Source: a virus. From it: DNA of 64,000 bases. A program made the position numbers and the translations under genes. Below the pieces are notes generated by a model that searched no databases, was not told the DNA's origin, and saw only the letters and a program-made list of their open reading frames with translations. Below, piece after piece: positions 17,513 to 28,209 of this stretch. The stretch's first letter is position 1. Each line of letters begins with the position of its first letter. The DNA lies in IMG/VR virus record IMGVR_UViG_3300042565_001021, positions 1 through 64,000 of that record, one strand, 5' to 3'.

Positions 17513-18214
17513 TTAGGCCCAGAAGCTAGGTGCGCGGTTCTTAGTAGGAGCTCCGGTACTCTGGTAGTGTATGTCGACCATGTGAATAAACGGGTCAGGT
17601 ACTAGCCCGCCACTAACTGTTATGTCGTTAGAGTCAAGGAATAAACGACACTGAATCAAACCATCAACCTCTAAGTCTGTTGTATTAAGAAGAACACCTG
17701 ATCCACCCGGAGTAGAAGCTAGTCCTTCAGCGATCATATGCTGGTATTGGGTAGTGCTTGCGTTTTGAGAAACAGACACTGTAATAGGTGCTGGGAAAGC
17801 AGCCTGGTCGTGTCCTCTAGCATACATTAACTCAAACCCCCACGTTGTTGATCCACCGGTTACCAATGTACCTGTGTGTGACCAGTGAACGTGTATGTAT
17901 AAATTTGTTCCCATAGCGTAATCATGCGGCATATGGAAATCAACGCGCGCGCATTCCCCTTCGACAACTTGAACCGCGTGTATTCCGCCACGATATACTT
18001 GCCGGCTTCCTTAACCAGCCAGTCCGTAGATTTGAAGAGCACCTGTTAAATCGTGCCACCCAAATGTTTCTGATCCATTTGGCCCAATTTTAAGCCCCTT
18101 ACCCTGGGTCTTTGGAACCATTAGGTTAACACCATCACGGAGGTCCGTGAAGTTCGTGTCCATTTCAGCGTGGGTTAGTTCTGATCCCTTAACATTTCGT
18201 AGTGTGATAGTCAT
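17513..18214 (-). pseudogene. virion protein interrupted by an in-frame TAA at 18011-18013
   Basis: ORFs 18011..18214 and 17513..17932 are in the same frame with 26 sense codons between them; N-terminus has the virion-type LR..KGS.LT..E.D.NF motif. Confidence 0.7.
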
Positions 18215-18266
18215 ACGTATTCCTATGAGTGTAGCTAGTATTTATCATAGGAAAAATTACTACGAA

Positions 18267-18494
18267 CTATTGTGTAGGGCCATGTCCCATACTCATCACC
18301 TTCATAACCATTACAGTCTGTTTAAGCGCAGCTAATTCGGCAGCTAACATAGCGACCTGACCTTGTAATCCGTGAATCTTATCCACGTTTACTTGCTGTT
18401 CAGCTTGGATCACTTTCAATTGTCCTACTAACGCAGCGACATTCTTCGTGTTTACGTGTAGCTGTGTTAGCTTATCGTTTTCCATTTCGCTCAT
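18267..18494 (-). CDS. coiled-coil hypothetical protein
   Basis: 75-aa heptad-rich ORF. Confidence 0.55.
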   Translation of the reverse strand: MSEMENDKLTQLHVNTKNVAALVGQLKVIQAEQQVNVDKIHGLQGQVAMLAAELAALKQTVMVMKVMSMGHGPTQ

Positions 18495-18497
18495 AGT

Positions 18498-20318
18498 TTA
18501 TTCATCCGGAATTAGTTGTACAGTTGTTGAGAATCCGAGAGTAGAGCTAACAGATCCTGATATGTTTGAAGTCTTGTAATACGGTGATCCTGAACTTTTT
18601 CTTGCCCATCCAGTGACTGGTTGTGCTGACGCAAATACTCGAGACATAGTAATGTCCCCGGTTACATTAGTCAGACCACTTAATACCACAAAGGTAGATT
18701 TTATCGTTCCTGTTGGATTAGAACCAGGGGCGGACGGCAACGTGTAAGTGTATGTGTTTGTTCCTGTGTTAGTAATCGAGAACACTCCGTTATTTTGATA
18801 ATGACTTGCTCCTTTAATCAATACCTTATCGTTTGTTGCTAGTCCGTGCGAGGTATGTGTAACAGTTGCAGTAGTGCCTGAGTTTGTTATCGTTACTGTT
18901 ACGTTATACGGGAATGGTCCTCCGGTGTCAGCAGCAAGCAGAACATTAGCATTCTCGATTGCTGTGCCGGCTATGGTGGTTACTTTAACGGAAGCTGAAA
19001 CTAATCCAGCAATAACAGTCACAGTCGCCCCGGCGGTTCGTACGCTTGGAACAGTACCACCTGTAATGGTCAAATTCATGGACCCGGTCGCAATATTTAC
19101 ATACACAGCCTCATTACCCGTGCTACCGTTTCCAGCAGCATATCCTGACCAGGTGTTATTAGTCAGGGTCATGTCGGCAGCGGTACCTGTGATCTCTAAC
19201 CCATGTCCCGTGCCACCACTGGTGAATGTTGACCCTGTGACCAAAGCTGCTCCAGCTGGTGATGCAGCTATGACAGCAGATGCAGCAGAATTAGCATTGA
19301 TGACACAGTTGGTTAGAGTTGCTCCTTGCAGGGTTATAGCCCCGGTTTGTCTCCAGGTGCACCCCGTGGCTGTTACGTTGGCGTTGAGAGTGGATATACC
19401 AATCTTAGAGAATGAGCACGATGTTAAGTTTCCGTCTGTGCTGCTATTGTTGAACACTAGTCTACCTGGATTGTTTGTTCCGATAGCTTCGACAGTAACG
19501 TTAGTCCAGTTTACCACGGTCGATGCATGATCAGCTATTAACTGAGTAAAGTCAGTCAGGGAATGTGGGGTATCTACTAGAAGGATTATTTTATTAGAGT
19601 CATCGAAGTGACACTGTGTGGCCGTCCCTGCATTATTCTGCCCCATCACAAATCTACCCTGTAATTCATATACAGGTCCACCCAGTGCCGTAAATATACC
19701 CCACCGAGCCGAAATAGCATCGTTTGCTGAAGCCGCTCCAGCGAATGTTGCTGGGGATGCAATCTCCCCTGCGGTTATATACATTCCTGTACCGTGTCTT
19801 ATTGCATCTACGCCAAGGTTTACTGATTTAACAGTACCAGTAATGTTTGCTGTGGCACCAAAGTATTGAGGATTTGCGCCAGGCGAACCTGTCAGGGTCC
19901 GATACGGTGCCGAAGCGTTTGAAGTTGTTACGTACCGAATCGGATAACATTTACCTACTCGCCCAGTGGCGCCGTAGGTCTCAGATCCTTCTACGTGGAA
20001 CTTGTTGTATGCGGTTGTTGATGTGCCTAATACTATTCCTAGGCCACGGTTAGCTAGTGTATTCGTTAATCCAGGTGTAGCTAAGAACACCCATACGAAA
20101 AAGTGTGTGTTAGTACCTGGAGTAATGGTTGAACCAAAGTTGTAAACTTGCCCCTTTTCCGCATCAGATACTTGTTTATCAACGCAGTTGGTTCCTTGCA
20201 TACGGAAGTCATTACCAATGCCCAGACCAGATGTGCCACCACCCAGTGCCGACCAACCAGTAACACTCTCAGCCAGAGTTATATCTGTCAAGTCTTCCGT
20301 GTATGATGGTACTGCCAT
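18498..20318 (-). CDS. virion structural protein (beta-helix/fibre-like)
   Basis: Thr/Gly/Ala-rich; TATVTHTSHGLATNDKVLI beta-barrel motif. Confidence 0.65.
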   Translation of the reverse strand: MAVPSYTEDLTDITLAESVTGWSALGGGTSGLGIGNDFRMQGTNCVDKQVSDAEKGQVYNFGSTITPGTNTHFFVWVFLATPGLTNTLANRGLGIVLGTSTTAYNKFHVEGSETYGATGRVGKCYPIRYVTTSNASAPYRTLTGSPGANPQYFGATANITGTVKSVNLGVDAIRHGTGMYITAGEIASPATFAGAASANDAISARWGIFTALGGPVYELQGRFVMGQNNAGTATQCHFDDSNKIILLVDTPHSLTDFTQLIADHASTVVNWTNVTVEAIGTNNPGRLVFNNSSTDGNLTSCSFSKIGISTLNANVTATGCTWRQTGAITLQGATLTNCVINANSAASAVIAASPAGAALVTGSTFTSGGTGHGLEITGTAADMTLTNNTWSGYAAGNGSTGNEAVYVNIATGSMNLTITGGTVPSVRTAGATVTVIAGLVSASVKVTTIAGTAIENANVLLAADTGGPFPYNVTVTITNSGTTATVTHTSHGLATNDKVLIKGASHYQNNGVFSITNTGTNTYTYTLPSAPGSNPTGTIKSTFVVLSGLTNVTGDITMSRVFASAQPVTGWARKSSGSPYYKTSNISGSVSSTLGFSTTVQLIPDE

Positions 20319-20321
20319 TTA

Positions 20322-20660
20322 TTACGTCACCTTTGTGCTCAGACCCTGGTCCTTCGTAATGAGGGCTGCGATAGCAGTTTCAATGCTCTTAAACGCCATA
20401 ATCAACGTTGGGTCTCCGGCTGCGTATTCTTTCATTGCCATAGTTAAAAAGTCGTCTATCTCAATCTCTATTTCTTCAGGACGATAATGTCGCTTGTTGT
20501 CTGCGTCTACACCGAATAAACGATAAACGATCATAATATGATAGTTTGGCGACAGTAAGTGATTTTCCTGAAGAGGCTGAGTAATATTTAGCCTGACTAA
20601 ATGTACTTTCTTATATTCAAGTACCGGAACAGCCGCTGCGTTAGTAACTTCAATTCCCAC
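20322..20660 (-). CDS. hypothetical protein
   Basis: GTG start with AGGAG RBS. Confidence 0.6.
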   Translation of the reverse strand: MGIEVTNAAAVPVLEYKKVHLVRLNITQPLQENHLLSPNYHIMIVYRLFGVDADNKRHYRPEEIEIEIDDFLTMAMKEYAAGDPTLIMAFKSIETAIAALITKDQGLSTKVT

Positions 20661-20672
20661 GTAGGTTCTCCT

Positions 20673-20703
20673 AAAATAAGGGAGAGGAAATCCTCTCCCT
20701 TAT
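20673..20703 (-). terminator. intrinsic terminator
   Basis: perfect ATAAGGGAGAGGA/TCCTCTCCCTTAT inverted repeat followed by a T run on the minus strand. Confidence 0.8.
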
Positions 20704-20710
20704 AGTCGTA

Positions 20711-23134
20711 TTACGCATCTGGCGTTCTAATAGCAGCAGACGAACCTGGGAACGACGCTGGTGATTCGAACGTCTTGATAGCGTCAGTGTAGCTGTTTCC
20801 TGACGTACCACCGAATCTAACGCGAGCGTACAATGCTCTTGGTGTCGAATAAACTGCGGAGTACGTAGCTGAGACTGATTCGCCTTCTACAAGAACTCCG
20901 TTACCTGCCGATGCGTTGTTAACGTTAAACGCGGTAGACGTAATAGTAAATCGCGTTTTACCGGCCGTCGGTGTACCTGCTGTAACAGCAGAGTACGCTA
21001 CACGGATCCAGACACCTAGATCATTTTCAATCTGTAGGAATCCAGTTGTCGGAGTAGCGAACGCTGTAGTAATATCTACGGCAGTAGTTGTAGCACTTGT
21101 CAATGACGAATTCAACACGTACGGCTGAGTTACAGTACCGACTAGTTCATCAAGATAAGCGATAAACAAATTATTACCGGCAGTAGCATTCACTGTTCCA
21201 AAGTCTTCGTTGCCGTCAGTGGTATCGACAGTAAACGTTGTCTTACCTGCAGGAGAATTTAATGCTCTTGCGGTATAGTGAAGTCTTCTGTAGTTACCTA
21301 AGTTATCAGCAACTCGAATATAACCAGAACTTGGAGTATCGCCTGCGGCAATAGCATTGGCTACCACTGATACGACGTTGTTGGTTGATAAAGTCACATC
21401 TAATGCGAACTGGTTCAGCTGAATTGTGTTGCTCGATTCTGGACCAACGATAACATAGTCGAGACCAGCAGCAAGACCAGTTACAGAGAATGTTCTGTTG
21501 TCTGGTGGAGTAATCTGGGTGTTAGTTAAGTCGAACACCTTGTCAGTAGCCGCTAAGTCTGTAGCTTCAAGTCCGAGACCGTAAGCACCAATAAGAGCTG
21601 AGCCAGTTGATACACCACAGAACGGGAAGGATAACGCACGTTCAGTTACAGTTACGTTAACAGCACAAGTAGCACCAGAAGTTCCGCCGGTTATTGTCTG
21701 CCCATCCGTTGGAGCAACACCAGTTAATAACTGGATCCATATCTTAGTTGCTGCGTTAACATCATTGACAGCAAGCATCTGACCAGTACCGCCGGACCAG
21801 CTAACTGCTTCGAACGGGCTAAAGTCTGTTACGCTTGGAGTATCTACGTTGATTTCATGAGTGATACCACGGAACAGTTCACCGTTTAGTCCGTACAATG
21901 TTTCGCTTGTTCCTTGTCTCGACACCCACTTCATTCTTTCATAGAATTGGTTAATGGTGTAGGTAGACTTATCCCACTTCGAGTAGTAGTATTCATCTGT
22001 TAGGTTATTATCAACGTCGATAGCATTGTACCCTTCGACAGTATTTGTGATACCAGTGTAGCCCGCAATAGTAGCTATCGCAGTAGCATTGTTCAAGTCA
22101 TTAGCATACGATAGAGCCATAACGTTGTTACCACGCGATGTTCCGTTAATTTTGAACTCTGAATATGTTTTGCCCCAAACGCGAGTCTGTCCAAGCAAAC
22201 GTCGTCCGTCTATGTCCGTTGTTGTTCTAACTTTTTGCATGAAACGGTGTGAGATACCGTTTCCAGAATCTGGGTTTATCCCCTTGTAGCGGTTATAGTA
22301 AATCGGTTCACTGCCTGCTGTTGCACTAGCAAGTACAGGAGTAACTGTTAAAGCGTTTGTAGCAATTGAGACGACCGTGTAATTCGTAGTGTGACTTGCA
22401 GTAGTAATACGAAGTTGGCCGCCAACGTGGAATAGTGTTCCGTTTGATACGTTAAGGACAGCTTGCGACGCAGCATTAACACCGCTAACTGTTGCTGCGC
22501 TAAGTGTCTTTGGATATTCATTCCAGAAGTCAGAAGCAATAACTGCTGCATTCTGAACAATTTGTAAGTCCATGCCTGCACCAGCAATGACGACCAATCC
22601 GTCCCAGATATCTGTACCGCCACCCTGGATGATTGATCCGTCATACAAATGCTCGGACGCTGTCTGATCAATGTTAAAGCTGTTGATAAGCGTAACGATG
22701 TTATCAGTTGATCGTTCTGATGGAGTTCTGTCAGTGATGTCTAGATAATCGTTAGAGCTTGCTGAACTCAGTGCTGCAGACGCGTTGTCTGCTAAGTCAG
22801 ATAGCCAACGGTGAAAAGAAATGACAGTGTGATATCCAGACGCTTGTCCTGTTACGGCTGTTGCAGCCGCAACAGTCTGTGAGTTGTTTACCGTGTAAGT
22901 ACCCGCTCCGCCGTCACCTGTACCGATAGCAGTAATCTTTGTTCCTGCTGTTATACCGGTTCCAGTAATCATCTGGCCAACGCCAAAAGATCCTGAACCA
23001 GATCCTGAAATTGTTAGTGTAGTTGTAGCAATTTCGCAAGTCCAGCCACCGGACGTAGCACCAACACCGTGGTCGGATCCTACGTATCTGATGTCGCCTG
23101 CTGATGTTACGGTGAAGTCGTCTAAAATAGCCAT
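20711..23134 (-). CDS. large virion structural protein
   Basis: 807 aa, Thr/Gly-rich, duplicated C-terminal module (GYIRV..N.G / GFLQIEND.G); tandem ATAAATA promoters at 23163-23177. Confidence 0.7.
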   Translation of the reverse strand: MAILDDFTVTSAGDIRYVGSDHGVGATSGGWTCEIATTTLTISGSGSGSFGVGQMITGTGITAGTKITAIGTGDGGAGTYTVNNSQTVAAATAVTGQASGYHTVISFHRWLSDLADNASAALSSASSNDYLDITDRTPSERSTDNIVTLINSFNIDQTASEHLYDGSIIQGGGTDIWDGLVVIAGAGMDLQIVQNAAVIASDFWNEYPKTLSAATVSGVNAASQAVLNVSNGTLFHVGGQLRITTASHTTNYTVVSIATNALTVTPVLASATAGSEPIYYNRYKGINPDSGNGISHRFMQKVRTTTDIDGRRLLGQTRVWGKTYSEFKINGTSRGNNVMALSYANDLNNATAIATIAGYTGITNTVEGYNAIDVDNNLTDEYYYSKWDKSTYTINQFYERMKWVSRQGTSETLYGLNGELFRGITHEINVDTPSVTDFSPFEAVSWSGGTGQMLAVNDVNAATKIWIQLLTGVAPTDGQTITGGTSGATCAVNVTVTERALSFPFCGVSTGSALIGAYGLGLEATDLAATDKVFDLTNTQITPPDNRTFSVTGLAAGLDYVIVGPESSNTIQLNQFALDVTLSTNNVVSVVANAIAAGDTPSSGYIRVADNLGNYRRLHYTARALNSPAGKTTFTVDTTDGNEDFGTVNATAGNNLFIAYLDELVGTVTQPYVLNSSLTSATTTAVDITTAFATPTTGFLQIENDLGVWIRVAYSAVTAGTPTAGKTRFTITSTAFNVNNASAGNGVLVEGESVSATYSAVYSTPRALYARVRFGGTSGNSYTDAIKTFESPASFPGSSAAIRTPDA

Positions 23135-23214
23135 CTAAATCTCCTTGTTTGAGCTCTTACTCTATTTATCTATTTATTGAATATTGTCGTCTAATACTAA
23201 GTAAACTGGCATGC

Positions 23215-24903
23215 TCACGGGCTAACCTTCTTTTTGTTTTTCTTGTTCCATGCTTGTCGTGCCATTTGATCGCGATGCGGAGAGTTAGGGGTAATACCAG
23301 TTAGCTTTTCGTAATAGGCAGAAATTTTAGCCCATTCGTCGTCGTTTGCTTTGGCTTGTTCTTTTGGCGGGCCCTTGACTTCATACATTTCCTTGCCGTC
23401 TTTTTTAACAGTCTTTGGATCTTTTGGTGCCTCTTTATCAAGCCCTGTCTTCTTCTTGTAATCGGACATTTGCTTTGCTTTTACTGCTTTTTCGTTCCAC
23501 GGAGTATCAGCAAACGGGTCTTTGCCTTTGCTTTCGCCTACTTGTGTTGCATCAGCCGCTTTCTTTTCTGCCCGTTTCTTTTGACGCCACTTATCGTTAG
23601 CAATCATTTTCTTTAATTTACGGGCATCTTCTTCTCTTTCTTTCTTAGCCTGAGCAGCAAGTCTTTCTTTCTTTGTTGGGAGAGCCATAAACTTATCGTA
23701 TGCGTTTTGTATAAATCCTTCGTTAGCGAAGTCACGCGGGTTACCTGTTGCAGCAGCATCTTTGAATGGTTTCTCTACTTTTTTAGTCTTACGTTGCCAT
23801 ACGCTATAATCTTTTCCTGATTGCTCGCCTGCTTGTTTTAGTTCCCATCCAAGTCCCTTAGGACGTTGACCGTTCGGTGCTTTGGTTTGCTCAGCAGCAC
23901 CTTTGCCGCCTTCTTTACGCCACTTAGCTAGTTCAGACAGGTTATTAGGATCAACCACCTTAGGTGCTTTTACTTTCTTCTTGTCTGCTGTTGGCTTTTG
24001 ATTCTTCTTCGGATAGATCTTATCGTCGGAGTATTTCTCGTTGCTTACATAGTCTTCGTATGCTTTAGTTAATGCTTCGATCAAGGCATCTTCGGTGTCG
24101 TAGTCTTTGCTGTTAAACTGTGGCATTGGCTTGTTCAAGTCGGCAACTCGTTGATCTTTTGGTGATAGCTGGTCTTGCTGACCCATCTTAGCTAATTCTC
24201 GTGTTGCTGCTAATCGTCTTGCTGCAGGTGATAGACCAGGCACTTGAAACACGCTTTGTGGTTTATCGTCTGGTGTAGCCATGTCAAGAGCGACATCAGG
24301 TGCTTCTTCGAGACCATCTTCAGTTTGAAACTTGGATTCCGACGATGTTAGTGTGTCGGCATATCGGCGAGCAGCACGGTCATCGCGACCATTGCGTAGG
24401 GCTCGTTGGTAATGTTGTTGCCAAACTCCGCGCTGTTCTCGATTCTCACGGTCCGGCAATCTAGCTTTAGCAGTAGCTTGGTTCAACTCTGTTGCTGGGC
24501 TTTCGCCGATAGCATTTTGTCCGTCGTATACGCCAGTTTTTGTTTGCCCTTTTGAATTCATAAGCTGATACTTAAAGGTCCCTGGTTCATCGCCTGGGCC
24601 AATTCCAGACAGCTTGTAGTCTGGGAAGGTCTGACTAACGTATGAAAAAAGCTGATTATAAGCTTCGTCGCTCATAAACTCACCGTCAGAAAGATCATCG
24701 TTTTCCGACTCACCAACTAGCTTATCCTTAAACGGATGTTCGCCCTCGGCACTCTCGCGCTTGTAAGGCTTGCCAAGGAATTTACCGGAACCCTTAGGAG
24801 CTTTAACTCCCTGGTCTACTTGGTCGCCAGGCTTTTGTTCTGGCTCTCCTGCGAAGTCTATTGCTTCGATCAGTTTCTTCATGTTGTCTTTATGGTTGTT
24901 CAT
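23215..24903 (-). CDS. putative internal head polyprotein
   Basis: charged low-complexity modules separated by LIE-A, VGE-S, IGE-S, LEE-A and ANE-G motifs. Confidence 0.55.
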   Translation of the reverse strand: MNNHKDNMKKLIEAIDFAGEPEQKPGDQVDQGVKAPKGSGKFLGKPYKRESAEGEHPFKDKLVGESENDDLSDGEFMSDEAYNQLFSYVSQTFPDYKLSGIGPGDEPGTFKYQLMNSKGQTKTGVYDGQNAIGESPATELNQATAKARLPDRENREQRGVWQQHYQRALRNGRDDRAARRYADTLTSSESKFQTEDGLEEAPDVALDMATPDDKPQSVFQVPGLSPAARRLAATRELAKMGQQDQLSPKDQRVADLNKPMPQFNSKDYDTEDALIEALTKAYEDYVSNEKYSDDKIYPKKNQKPTADKKKVKAPKVVDPNNLSELAKWRKEGGKGAAEQTKAPNGQRPKGLGWELKQAGEQSGKDYSVWQRKTKKVEKPFKDAAATGNPRDFANEGFIQNAYDKFMALPTKKERLAAQAKKEREEDARKLKKMIANDKWRQKKRAEKKAADATQVGESKGKDPFADTPWNEKAVKAKQMSDYKKKTGLDKEAPKDPKTVKKDGKEMYEVKGPPKEQAKANDDEWAKISAYYEKLTGITPNSPHRDQMARQAWNKKNKKKVSP

Positions 24904-27368
24904 CGTGTTGGTTTCCAAGGGTTTGGTCTAGGTGTTACGTTGCCTGCTTTATCTATATCGTAGAACGGTGAATTGTCACTTACACGTGAAAAATTGTGAC
25001 CTTGTTTCTTCATAATTTCTACGTCATACAATTGGTCAGCTTGTGTATCATCCCAATATTGTGCTAAGGCGCCATAGAAGTCAGTCTTATCGAACTTCCT
25101 AAATGCTCTGTTAACAATGTCCATATCTAGCCCGCGTTTTTCTAACCACGGATACAAATGGTCACCTGGGTCACCGTCTGGGAAAGAATTACCAATGGCG
25201 TCTTGTGCTTTTTGGTAGATAGCGTCAAGTGTATATCCTTTGTATTTCTTAGGAGGTGGTTTGTATCCAGGAGCTAACTTAGCTGCGGCTTTAGCTGCAC
25301 GAGCTGCTCTTTGCTGTTCTTTACGCTGATAGATTGCTTCTTTTTCCTTAGCAATCGCATCTGCGTTAGCTGGGTGGTTAGGGTTTAGCTTTCCGCCAGC
25401 TAAGGTCCTAGGAATGATCTTTGGCTTTAGCTCGTTAAGCTGCGATTCTGCCATTCCAATGCCTTCGCCGATTTTGCTCTTCTTCTTCTTCACTTTAGTT
25501 TCCTTTACACGCTTCTGTGGTTGAGCAAACAAGTTACCTGCTGGACCTGAAGCAATAGCACCGGCACACGATGCGCCGCCGGAAGCGTCTTCGCCAAAGG
25601 TCTGGCGGTACGAGTTCTTACCCATACCATACTTGTTGCCGATAACTTGATGACCTTCGCCAGCTAGCAGCAAGTCGTACATCATTTTAATGATAGCTAG
25701 TCTGCTATTTTTTTGCTCAAGGTTGCGACTAAACCAACTTACTTTTTCTGGTTTCATCTGGTGTTGGCTAGAAGTTGATATTAGCTCCATGCAACGTGCT
25801 TTCAGCGTAGGAACATCAGTTATCTTCTCTAATGCTTTAATGTCTTCTGGGGAAAAGTTGCTTTCCGGGCGAGGATCAGCACCGGCTTCCGACATCTTAG
25901 ACTTGTTAAAGTCTCGTGTTGCCTGATTGAAGCGTGACTTAGGTTTAGCACTTGCTTTTACCAGCTGATCGAAGTGCACGAACCATCCGCGACCTTGCTT
26001 GTCGCCAATCCAGCACTTCTTACGCTCTGGATCACATTGTGACACAGTAAAGATCTCGTTGCCCGGCTCGTCTGAGTATTCGTCCTTTAATCTGACACGA
26101 GCACCGTCGCTAAACGAGACAGATCTTTCTCTCGTTTCTTCTTTAACCGACCGCCCTAATGTTTTTGCCCAGGCCGCTGTTATTCTATCATTGGTTAGGT
26201 CGTCTTGTTGCCACTTACGAGAATTTGGCTCTGACGCAATTTCCGGACGATGTTGCATCAGACCGTAATCGTATGGCTTGCCTTCTTTGCGACCAGGTTT
26301 TGTTTTGTGATACTCAGCGTCTAGATCGTTAGATTCGTCCATGCCCGGAGTCTTCTTAGAGATTAGCACATTCTTTTGACGGACCTCTTTTGTTTCTCCG
26401 CTGTCTAGCTTGATCCACACCATTGTGATGAACGGGACCATTTGGCTAAATGTGTGTTCGCGGCACAGACGGATTACTTCACCTACTTCGTTTGTTCCTT
26501 TAATCTTAGCACGACGAGCAATCCACGGATGGTTAGCAATCTCGCCCGACTTAACTTCGTCTAATGTTTCTTCCTCGTTAAACACGTTACCGTATTCGTC
26601 TGGCTGACGCTTTTGATGATTGCCGTACTCGTCATCGTCAAATGGGTTACTTGCTGCCTTCATTCTGTCTAGGTTAGCCTTACGAGTTGCTGCCGCTTGT
26701 GACGCCGGAATCTCACGCATGTTGCCTGCGTTATCGTAAACCCAACGTCCACCTTCCTCTCCTAGATGTGCTTTGTTCCATGCCTTTTGTGTCCTGCCTG
26801 CCGCTCGTTCGTGACGACCAGACGCAGTATTAGGTTCGCCGTGCGCATCTTCTATGTCTTTATGTGACTGTGCTAAATCATCGTGCTTGGCTAGCTGAAT
26901 AGCTGTTCTGGCATTGCCTAGAACATTACTACGCACAAACCTTCTAGCCTTGTCAAACATGCCTGCTTCAGTTAGTTTAACTGTAATTGCCTCTAACAGC
27001 TCCTTGTCACCCTTTGCTACAGCTTCCATGTAGATAGTGTTTAGGTCAAGGATCCTTTGCTCGAACGCAGGTGTTCCTGGAGATAGTCTGCCTTGCTTTG
27101 CTGACTCTAAGTCACGGGTTCCAAGTACCTCAGCATCCCAACGATCGCAAAACTTTTCCATTTGGGCAGCATTCTTAAATGTCTTTGTCCATGGCTTACG
27201 CTCTAGTCCACGAATACCGTGTGCTTCAAACGGTGAATCACCTTTAGCTTCGGATACCTTCTTAGTGCCGCACAGCTTACACTCTCCATTAGAGCCTGTA
27301 GAAGTATTAGTCTGACACTTTGGGCACTTCTCGTTTACGCCTTCGTTTAAAATTTCAGTTGGTTTCAT
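24900..27368 (-). CDS. putative internal head polyprotein
   Basis: MKPTEILNE N-terminus and more than ten hydrophobic-x-Glu sites separating short modules. Confidence 0.55.
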   Translation of the reverse strand: MKPTEILNEGVNEKCPKCQTNTSTGSNGECKLCGTKKVSEAKGDSPFEAHGIRGLERKPWTKTFKNAAQMEKFCDRWDAEVLGTRDLESAKQGRLSPGTPAFEQRILDLNTIYMEAVAKGDKELLEAITVKLTEAGMFDKARRFVRSNVLGNARTAIQLAKHDDLAQSHKDIEDAHGEPNTASGRHERAAGRTQKAWNKAHLGEEGGRWVYDNAGNMREIPASQAAATRKANLDRMKAASNPFDDDEYGNHQKRQPDEYGNVFNEEETLDEVKSGEIANHPWIARRAKIKGTNEVGEVIRLCREHTFSQMVPFITMVWIKLDSGETKEVRQKNVLISKKTPGMDESNDLDAEYHKTKPGRKEGKPYDYGLMQHRPEIASEPNSRKWQQDDLTNDRITAAWAKTLGRSVKEETRERSVSFSDGARVRLKDEYSDEPGNEIFTVSQCDPERKKCWIGDKQGRGWFVHFDQLVKASAKPKSRFNQATRDFNKSKMSEAGADPRPESNFSPEDIKALEKITDVPTLKARCMELISTSSQHQMKPEKVSWFSRNLEQKNSRLAIIKMMYDLLLAGEGHQVIGNKYGMGKNSYRQTFGEDASGGASCAGAIASGPAGNLFAQPQKRVKETKVKKKKSKIGEGIGMAESQLNELKPKIIPRTLAGGKLNPNHPANADAIAKEKEAIYQRKEQQRAARAAKAAAKLAPGYKPPPKKYKGYTLDAIYQKAQDAIGNSFPDGDPGDHLYPWLEKRGLDMDIVNRAFRKFDKTDFYGALAQYWDDTQADQLYDVEIMKKQGHNFSRVSDNSPFYDIDKAGNVTPRPNPWKPTR

Positions 27369-27385
27369 GGTGGTTTCCGTTTATA

Positions 27386-27748
27386 CTATTTATGCTTCTG
27401 AATAACTACGATGGTCGGAGTGTCAGACTTACGAATATGGTCGGCTCTTACTACAGTATTAATATAAGCTAGCTGAACTTCGGGTGCCCCAAATGATGTA
27501 AACTTACATCCAAGTTCAATGCCTTGCACGTCATCTCTTACGTAAAACTGCGGGAAATGGATCATCTGCTTTAGTTCTGGTTTGAAGTTTTTTAGGCGGT
27601 TAATAATCCTAAGGATGTCATTCCATTTAACATTTCGATCAGGCAATGCTGCTTGTGTTGATACATGAGGCGACACACCATAGGTCATCCCGTTTCCGAT
27701 TACTCCTTTAAGGATAAATGCCTCAACTAGGAATTCCTTAGATAACAT
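27386..27748 (-). CDS. putative internal virion protein
   Basis: MLSKEFLVE N-terminus; TAATG overlap fixes the start at 27748. Confidence 0.55.
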   Translation of the reverse strand: MLSKEFLVEAFILKGVIGNGMTYGVSPHVSTQAALPDRNVKWNDILRIINRLKNFKPELKQMIHFPQFYVRDDVQGIELGCKFTSFGAPEVQLAYINTVVRADHIRKSDTPTIVVIQKHK

Positions 27749-28209
27749 TATTTTATTTCCCGTCGAATAATAGTCCAATCACTAAACTTCAAGTTGAGTA
27801 AAGTCTCAAACTGAGTCGCTTCTCCTACCTGCTGAAACATAAACGTAGATCTAAGCAAATCACCGTTAAGTGATTCTCCTTCGGGGTATTGTTTTATTTT
27901 TCCATTTATTTCAAAGTAGGCATAAGAATTTTCAATTTGCATTAGTTTATACGGTTGAGTAAATGCTGCAACTGATAAAATGTGAGATGGCATCATTGAA
28001 ATCACTGACAAAAACACATAAGATTTACCTATGACGGGTTCGTCGGTTTTGTGCAGCAATAAAAAAGCCTGTAGGTTTTTATAGTCAGTTAACTCTTCGA
28101 ATAGCTCTGGGGTCTTTAATATTTCTTGTCGTAAATCTTCTTCTTGCTGTTCCCACAAGTTAACCACTTCATATTCAAAGGGTCCCGACGTAAATTCTTT
28201 AGATAGCAT
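27748..28209 (-). CDS. putative internal virion protein
   Basis: shares the MLSKEF N-terminus with the adjacent gene. Confidence 0.55.
   Translation of the reverse strand: MLSKEFTSGPFEYEVVNLWEQQEEDLRQEILKTPELFEELTDYKNLQAFLLLHKTDEPVIGKSYVFLSVISMMPSHILSVAAFTQPYKLMQIENSYAYFEINGKIKQYPEGESLNGDLLRSTFMFQQVGEATQFETLLNLKFSDWTIIRREIK

Noticed and set aside
17935-18015. Diversity-generating retroelement variable region
   Set aside because: No reverse transcriptase or template repeat is seen in the window, and the changes cannot be shown to be adenine-specific.
18874-19530. Long antisense ORFs (also 34532..35200, 57990..58454 and similar)
   Set aside because: These are shadow frames opposite well-supported genes with biased codon usage.
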